DNA of 32,000 bases, taken from Alkanindiges illinoisensis DSM 15370. GTDB lineage: Bacteria > Pseudomonadota > Gammaproteobacteria > Pseudomonadales > Moraxellaceae. This document shows positions 27,246 through 32,000 of this stretch, in pieces; position 1 is the first letter of the stretch; every line of letters starts with the position of its first letter. A program made the position numbers and the translations under genes. The stretch is taken from assembly GCF_000619845.1 (NCBI RefSeq), contig NZ_JHUX01000003.1, forward strand, positions 1,660,064 through 1,692,063. Reading direction: 5' to 3'. The notes under the pieces are model-generated. The model saw nothing but the letters and a program-made list of their open reading frames with translations, was not told the DNA's origin and ran no database searches.

Positions 27246-29447
27246 CTAGAATTTATAGCGTATACCCAAGGTTGCATTACGCGGCGCGCCATAGTTCATG
27301 CTATTGGCGCCAATGCCTTCGTAATATTCCTTGTCAAACAGGTTTTCAACATTCAACTGAATACTGATATTGGGATCAACCTGATAGCCTAGCATGGCAC
27401 TGGCCAACACGATATCACCCTGATCAACACGATTAGCGCCAGCGCCAGTATAAGTTTTGCTTCTGTAATTTAAGCCAGCACCGGCACGCCATTTATCCAT
27501 TTTGTATTTCACAAACAGATTAGAGGTGGTACGGGAATTATTCGTGTTGACCTTTTGCTTTTTGGCATCTTTGGCTTCAAAATTGGCAATACCAAAGTTA
27601 ACACTCCAGTTATCATTGATTTCGCCATCCACTTCAAATTCAACGCCTTCACTCACTACGCCATCCACGCTCCGGTAAGCCTGCTCGGTAGTTATAACGC
27701 CTGCAGCATTGCGCACATAAACACCTGTAATTGCTTCAGCATAATTAGTTTGTTCAATACGGAATATGGACAGAGCCGTATTCAGATTTCCACCTAGCCA
27801 TTCACTTTTAACCCCGGTTTCATAGTTCTTGCCTACAATAGGATCCAGATAATTACCATTTTCATCACGACGGTTTTGTGGCTTAAAGATATCGGTATAG
27901 CTGGCATACAGCGAGTGATCACGGGCCACATCGTAAATCACACCAAAATATGGCGTCAGTTCATTGGTAAATTCACGATTTCCATTGCCATCCTCTGCTG
28001 TATATTCCCAATCAGATAAGCGGGCACCAGCCACTACTTTTAACGCATCCAGCACTTGAAACTTGCCTGCCAGATAAATACCTGTTTGAGTGGTTTCATT
28101 TAACGCAATCTTACTGGGATTGGTAATTGGCGTTAACAACTGGGTATTCATATTGGAAAAATCCAGATAGTCGGGCGTATTAATATCCAGATCATTGGTG
28201 CCTTTGTCTTTGCCTTGAATCGTGCCAAAATTATCTTTTAGGTATTCATTTTTATTCCAGGAACCCCCCACAATAATTTCCTGGTCTCGCCCTGCAATGC
28301 TAAAGGGTGCAGAAACATACACATCAATATTATTTTCATCCTGACGCTTGTCAGAAGAATAAACCGATACCGCACCCAAGCTTCTATTGGTTGCCTTGTC
28401 GACATTGCCTGCAATGTATAATAATGCAGATTCCTTATCATCACGGCGATAGGAATAGTTAAGGTTTAAATTAATATCACCATAGAGCTTTTGTTTAAGG
28501 CCAGCAAATAACGCCGTAGTATCTACATTCCAATACGTCCAGTCCGAGCTAACAGTCAGGGAACGGTCAAACTTGGTACGGCTGCCATCGTTATAAAATG
28601 CCGGCAAGCCACCCCAGCGAATACCATCACGGTTGAGTTCCTGATAGGTAGCTGCCAGCGATAAACTGGTAGTGTCGGTAATATCATAATCAATCGCGCC
28701 ATAGGCCACATTGCGTTCTCTGGCATAAAAATCCATGTAGGAATCTTCATCCGAATGCTTTACAAATACCCGGCCGCGCAAAGAACCGTCAGCATTTAAT
28801 GGCGCTGAAATATCGGCAGAACTGGAATAGCTGTTCCATGAGCCGACAGAAGCATTCACACTGCCGGTTAATTCCCGGGCATTGGCATGCTTGCGAATCA
28901 GGTTTAAGCCAATGGCTGGATTGCCTGCCCCGGTCATTAAACCATTAGCACCCTTTACCACCTCTACCCGATCAAAAATACTCAGGTCAAGATCGCCTTC
29001 AGACAGGTTCAGCGTGCTGGGTAAACCATCAATCAGCGAATAATCCACCTGAAAACCACGCGCATAATAACTCTGGCGCTCATCCGTGCGTGATGCGGTA
29101 ACCCCAGTCACCGTGCTCATCAACTCCTGCAAAGATTCAATATTTCTGTCGTCCAGATACTCACGGGTATAGACTTTTACCGCTTGCGGTGTATCGCGTA
29201 AAGAAAGATTAAGCTTGGTAGCGGTACTGGCCGAACTGGCGGTATAACTGTCTGACCCTTCTGTTACCGCAGTTTTGTTAGCAGTAACTACAATTGTTGA
29301 TAGCTCTGTGTTTTGACCATTACCTGCATTATCAGCCGTAGTTTCTGCGGCGATAACCGTTTCGCCCAGTAGACAACCCGAGGTCAGAAATACCATTTGC
29401 ATGGCCACATATAATGGCTTCATGGTGGAATGAGAAGTTTTAAACAT
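27246..29447 (-). CDS. TonB-dependent siderophore receptor
   Basis: Signal peptide, TonB-box-like 'LSTIVVTA', plug motifs ('LRDTPQAVKV', 'RGF') and a C-terminal barrel ending '...ATLGIRYKF'. Start is uncertain: ATG 29447 has AAGGG upstream, while the six-frame ORF runs to 29504. Confidence 0.9.
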   Translation of the reverse strand: MFKTSHSTMKPLYVAMQMVFLTSGCLLGETVIAAETTADNAGNGQNTELSTIVVTANKTAVTEGSDSYTASSASTATKLNLSLRDTPQAVKVYTREYLDDRNIESLQELMSTVTGVTASRTDERQSYYARGFQVDYSLIDGLPSTLNLSEGDLDLSIFDRVEVVKGANGLMTGAGNPAIGLNLIRKHANARELTGSVNASVGSWNSYSSSADISAPLNADGSLRGRVFVKHSDEDSYMDFYARERNVAYGAIDYDITDTTSLSLAATYQELNRDGIRWGGLPAFYNDGSRTKFDRSLTVSSDWTYWNVDTTALFAGLKQKLYGDINLNLNYSYRRDDKESALLYIAGNVDKATNRSLGAVSVYSSDKRQDENNIDVYVSAPFSIAGRDQEIIVGGSWNKNEYLKDNFGTIQGKDKGTNDLDINTPDYLDFSNMNTQLLTPITNPSKIALNETTQTGIYLAGKFQVLDALKVVAGARLSDWEYTAEDGNGNREFTNELTPYFGVIYDVARDHSLYASYTDIFKPQNRRDENGNYLDPIVGKNYETGVKSEWLGGNLNTALSIFRIEQTNYAEAITGVYVRNAAGVITTEQAYRSVDGVVSEGVEFEVDGEINDNWSVNFGIANFEAKDAKKQKVNTNNSRTTSNLFVKYKMDKWRAGAGLNYRSKTYTGAGANRVDQGDIVLASAMLGYQVDPNISIQLNVENLFDKEYYEGIGANSMNYGAPRNATLGIRYKF

Positions 29448-29659
29448 ATCAGCGCAACCCTTCAATACAGTGCTTTCAACAAATAGCCAATTCAACCAGC
29501 GCATGTATTTTTCTTAATGCCTGCCCGACCAGATGACCTGCAACTACACAAGCTTTAGCTTGTTTCATCAATCCCTGTCAGCCAGAGGGCAAGCCTTTAA
29601 AGCCCAAAAATACAGACACTTAATTTTCGGCAACAAACTATCACAATAAAAACATAAAT

Positions 29660-29678
29660 GATACTAATTATCATTATT
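29660..29678. promoter_or_regulatory. Fur-box-like site
   Basis: GATACTAATTATCATTATT matches the 19-bp Fur consensus GATAATGATAATCATTATC at 15 of 19 positions. It lies in the intergenic region upstream of the TonB-dependent receptor. Confidence 0.55.
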
Positions 29679-29862
29679 ATTTAATATTTACTTAAGAATA
29701 GATATTTCGAAGGAAAAAAACTTACCACCCTAGTAACTGTTGGTAACTGCCAGTTAAAAGCATTGAGACATGGGCTGAACGAAGCATTATTTGAGCTAAA
29801 ATTTCTTGCTCATATTCTAGATAGAGCGCTGGCTTTTGAAGGCTAAAACTGGAAAAGCTCAG

Positions 29863-30327
29863 ATGAACATTAGTGAACTGTCCCGCTTAAGTGGACTCAA
29901 TACGCCAACGATCCGTTATTACGAGCGAATCAAACTGCTGCCCAAAGCCAAACGTCAGGCAAATGGATATCGTGAATACAGCGATATAGACCTGCAACAA
30001 CTGCGGCTGATTAAACAGGCCCAGCAGGCAGAATTTTCCCTGACTGAAATCAAATCCCTTTTGCCCAAAAAAGACTTGCCGGGTAAGCCCGGTAAAGGAT
30101 TACCGTGTGAGGGATTGCCGGAAAATCTGTCGCGCTGGAACCATGACAAGCTCATTGAAAGCCTGAGCCATAAAGTCAGTGAAATTGAAGCGCTGGAAAG
30201 AAAACTGGCCGAAAATAAACAGCACCTGCTGAGCCTGATTCAGGTTATTAACAATAAACCTGATGATGTGAGCTGTGAGGAAAATGCCGAGCGTTTATTT
30301 AAGGCCTATTTTCCAGACTTAAATTAA
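29863..30327 (+). CDS. MerR-family transcriptional regulator
   Basis: 'MNISELSRLSGLNTPTIRYYERIKLLPKAKRQANGYREYS' HTH/wing followed by a coiled-coil dimerisation helix. ATG at 29863 has GGAAAAG upstream. The six-frame ORF begins at a TTG at 29836. Confidence 0.9.
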   Translation: MNISELSRLSGLNTPTIRYYERIKLLPKAKRQANGYREYSDIDLQQLRLIKQAQQAEFSLTEIKSLLPKKDLPGKPGKGLPCEGLPENLSRWNHDKLIESLSHKVSEIEALERKLAENKQHLLSLIQVINNKPDDVSCEENAERLFKAYFPDLN

Positions 30328-30399
30328 TGATGTGAACACCTACGAGCACCCGCCCAGCCTGCCTGAAATAACACTGGCTGGGCATGGCTTAGGGATTAA

Positions 30400-31635
30400 T
30401 TAACTGGAAAAACGGCGTGCCATGCGGCTTTTATACTGACGGGTACGACGTGCCATGGCTGCTTGTTGCAGGATCAAGGCCCACAATGGTGAAATCTTTG
30501 GATCAGGTGCTTTACCTTGGCTGAGTTTACGCAACTGGAACTTCACCGCAGCCATATTGGCCAGTGATCCCAATGTTTTGTTTTTCCACTCAATTGGCTT
30601 TAATTCAGGTGCTGTAGCCTTACCCTGTTTCCATTGACTGGGCAGGTTAGGCTCAATTGCCAATGCGGTGCCCATCCCGACCATGTCAACACCACTATCA
30701 ATCACCTGCTGTGCCACCTCCAGACGACGGATTCCACCCGTGACCATGATTGGCATGTGCGCCACCTTACGGATTTCCTTGGCAAATTCCAGAAAGTAGG
30801 CTTCGCGTGCCAGCGTACGGCCATCACGCGCCTGTCCCTGCATGGCGGGCGCTTCATAACTGCCACCGGATAGTTCCACTAGGTCAACAGCCAACTCATT
30901 CAGCATTATGACCACTTGCTGCGCATCTTCGCTACTAAACCCGCCACGCTGAAAATCTGCCGAATTTAACTTTACGGCCACTGCAAACTGTGGGGAAACC
31001 ACGGCACGCACCGCCTTAACAATTTCAATCAGCAGGCGCGCCCGGTTTTCAAGGGAACCACCCCACTGGTCATTACGCTGATTGCTTAATGGAGACAAAA
31101 ACTGGCTGAGCAGATAACCATGTGCGGCATGAATTTCCACGCCAGTAAATCCAGCCTGTTGACCCAGTTTGGCCGTTGTGGCAAAACGCTGAATCACGTC
31201 TTCAATTTTTTGCTGGGACATTGCCTGTGGCATATCAAAACGATTAGACATTTTGCCCAAATCCAGCGCAATGGCAGAGGGTGCATAGGTGGTTTGACCC
31301 AGATTTGATTGCATCTGGCGTCCGGGATGATTGATCTGCAACCAGAACTGGGCACCTTTAGAGCGGCCAATTTTCGCCCACTGTTTAAACTGCGCCAGAT
31401 ATTCATCATCTTCCAGCACCACGCCACCCGGCCCAGTCATGGCGTGGCTATCCACCATCACATTGCCGGAAATAATCAAACCAGCACCGCCATCAGCCCA
31501 GGCCTGATAGAGCCGCATCAGTTGCCCAGATGGCGCCTGTTCACAGTCTGCCATGTTTTCTTCCATGGCAGCCTTGGCCAGACGGTTGGGAATCGTTGAA
31601 CCATTAGGAAGTACTAAGCGGTCAAACACGTTCAT
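30400..31635 (-). CDS. NADH:flavin oxidoreductase, Old Yellow Enzyme family (2,4-dienoyl-CoA reductase-like TIM barrel)
   Basis: 'NRLAKAAMEE', 'QINHPGRQ', 'EIHAAHGYLLSQFLSPLSNQRNDQWGGSLENRARL'. ATG at 31635 is preceded by AAGGTG. The six-frame ORF starts three codons earlier at a GTG. Confidence 0.9.
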   Translation of the reverse strand: MNVFDRLVLPNGSTIPNRLAKAAMEENMADCEQAPSGQLMRLYQAWADGGAGLIISGNVMVDSHAMTGPGGVVLEDDEYLAQFKQWAKIGRSKGAQFWLQINHPGRQMQSNLGQTTYAPSAIALDLGKMSNRFDMPQAMSQQKIEDVIQRFATTAKLGQQAGFTGVEIHAAHGYLLSQFLSPLSNQRNDQWGGSLENRARLLIEIVKAVRAVVSPQFAVAVKLNSADFQRGGFSSEDAQQVVIMLNELAVDLVELSGGSYEAPAMQGQARDGRTLAREAYFLEFAKEIRKVAHMPIMVTGGIRRLEVAQQVIDSGVDMVGMGTALAIEPNLPSQWKQGKATAPELKPIEWKNKTLGSLANMAAVKFQLRKLSQGKAPDPKISPLWALILQQAAMARRTRQYKSRMARRFSS

Positions 31636-31663
31636 ATCAATCACCTTATTTGATTCAGCTTAC

Positions 31664-31694
31664 ACTCTAAGATTAAAGTGAACTTTAATGTCAA
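31664..31694 (-). promoter_or_regulatory. MerR-type promoter (19-bp spacer) with an internal dyad, driving the OYE gene
   Basis: Minus strand reads TTGACA-ttaaagttcactttaatct-TAGAGT, a spacer of 19 bp. The dyad ATTAAAGT-tc-ACTTTAAT is nearly centred in the spacer. The -10 element lies about 30 nt upstream of the OYE start. Confidence 0.6.
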
Positions 31695-31787
31695 CCCGTT
31701 TTTTCATTCCAACTAAATCATTTTAAAATTGCATCCAAGCCACACCTACCCTTTTTAGGCCTATTAAAAAAACTTGTATTTTTGGGC

Positions 31788-31818
31788 TTGACCTTAAAGT
31801 GAGCTTAAAACTTATAGT
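31788..31818 (+). promoter_or_regulatory. Second, divergent MerR-type promoter (19-bp spacer), paralogous to the OYE promoter
   Basis: Plus strand reads TTGACC-ttaaagtgagcttaaaact-TATAGT, a spacer of 19 bp. 24 of 31 positions are identical to the site at 31664-31694 when both are read 5'->3'. Confidence 0.5.
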
Positions 31819-32000
31819 ACGTTCTAACCGCAGTGATCTGGCGTGCTAGCGATGCTATTTTGTCCAATCCATTCATCACAAGGTTAACCATGATGTGGAT
31901 GTAGTTAAAGATGCACAACTGGTACTGAATATGCCAACACCATTACAGTCATTGGAATACACTTAAAACCAAACTTGACATTAAATCTGAAAATCAGGGC

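Noticed and set aside
30353-30382. 7-bp-stem hairpin (CCCAGCC-n16-GGCTGGG) between the convergent MerR and OYE genes as a terminator
   Set aside because: It has a long 16-nt loop and no flanking T-run on either strand. It is plausible but not supportable as a called terminator.
31819-32000. Mini-ORFs (MMWM*, an 11-codon ORF from 31851 and an 11-codon ORF from 31931) downstream of the second MerR-type promoter
   Set aside because: They are too short and lack RBSs, so they are not called as genes. They are only noted as evidence that no conventional CDS starts in this stretch.

Overview
The window looks like a chromosomal segment from a moderate-GC gammaproteobacterium. Its gene content resembles Acinetobacter/Moraxellaceae (BlsA-like BLUF photoreceptor, Baeyer-Villiger monooxygenase cluster, Fur-controlled TonB receptor), but this taxon guess is tentative. 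Coding density is high and most genes are on the minus strand. I saw no transposase, integrase, CRISPR array, rRNA or recognisable defence genes.

Gene order, left to right:
- 3' part of nadE, translationally coupled to an unknown helical protein
- membrane DUF305-like protein
- small ORF plus a BLUF photoreceptor with a C-terminal membrane helix
- initiator tRNA-Met with its terminator
- MBL-fold hydrolase
- amidohydrolase_2-type hydrolase
- minus-strand cluster SDR <- histidine phosphatase <- APH-type kinase <- FadE2/ACAD10-11-type acyl-CoA dehydrogenase, divergent from a LysR regulator
- long-form serine acetyltransferase
- small membrane-anchored protein
- SDR <- hypothetical protein, divergent from TetR, with a perfect palindrome between them
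- type I BVMO <- SDR <- two tandem paralogous ExxH-motif (putative di-iron, COG3687/PF10118-like) proteins
- 700-bp AT-rich region with no ORF
- Cys-rich 635-aa lipoprotein <- NarL-type response regulator <- 10-TM HisKA_3 histidine kinase
- TonB-dependent siderophore receptor with a Fur-box-like site
- MerR regulator
- Old Yellow Enzyme flavoreductase, whose promoter and a divergent twin promoter both have 19-bp spacers and a shared dyad

Most interesting candidates:
1. The BVMO-SDR-double di-iron cluster, possibly a subterminal oxidation pathway with an uncharacterised oxygenase or esterase component.
2. The split ACAD10/11- or Lva-like kinase plus acyl-CoA dehydrogenase module with a co-translated histidine phosphatase.
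3. The twin MerR-type promoters.
4. The membrane-tethered BLUF protein.
5. The multi-TM kinase, regulator and lipoprotein module.

All functional calls rest on motifs I recognised in the translated ORFs. No database search was run.
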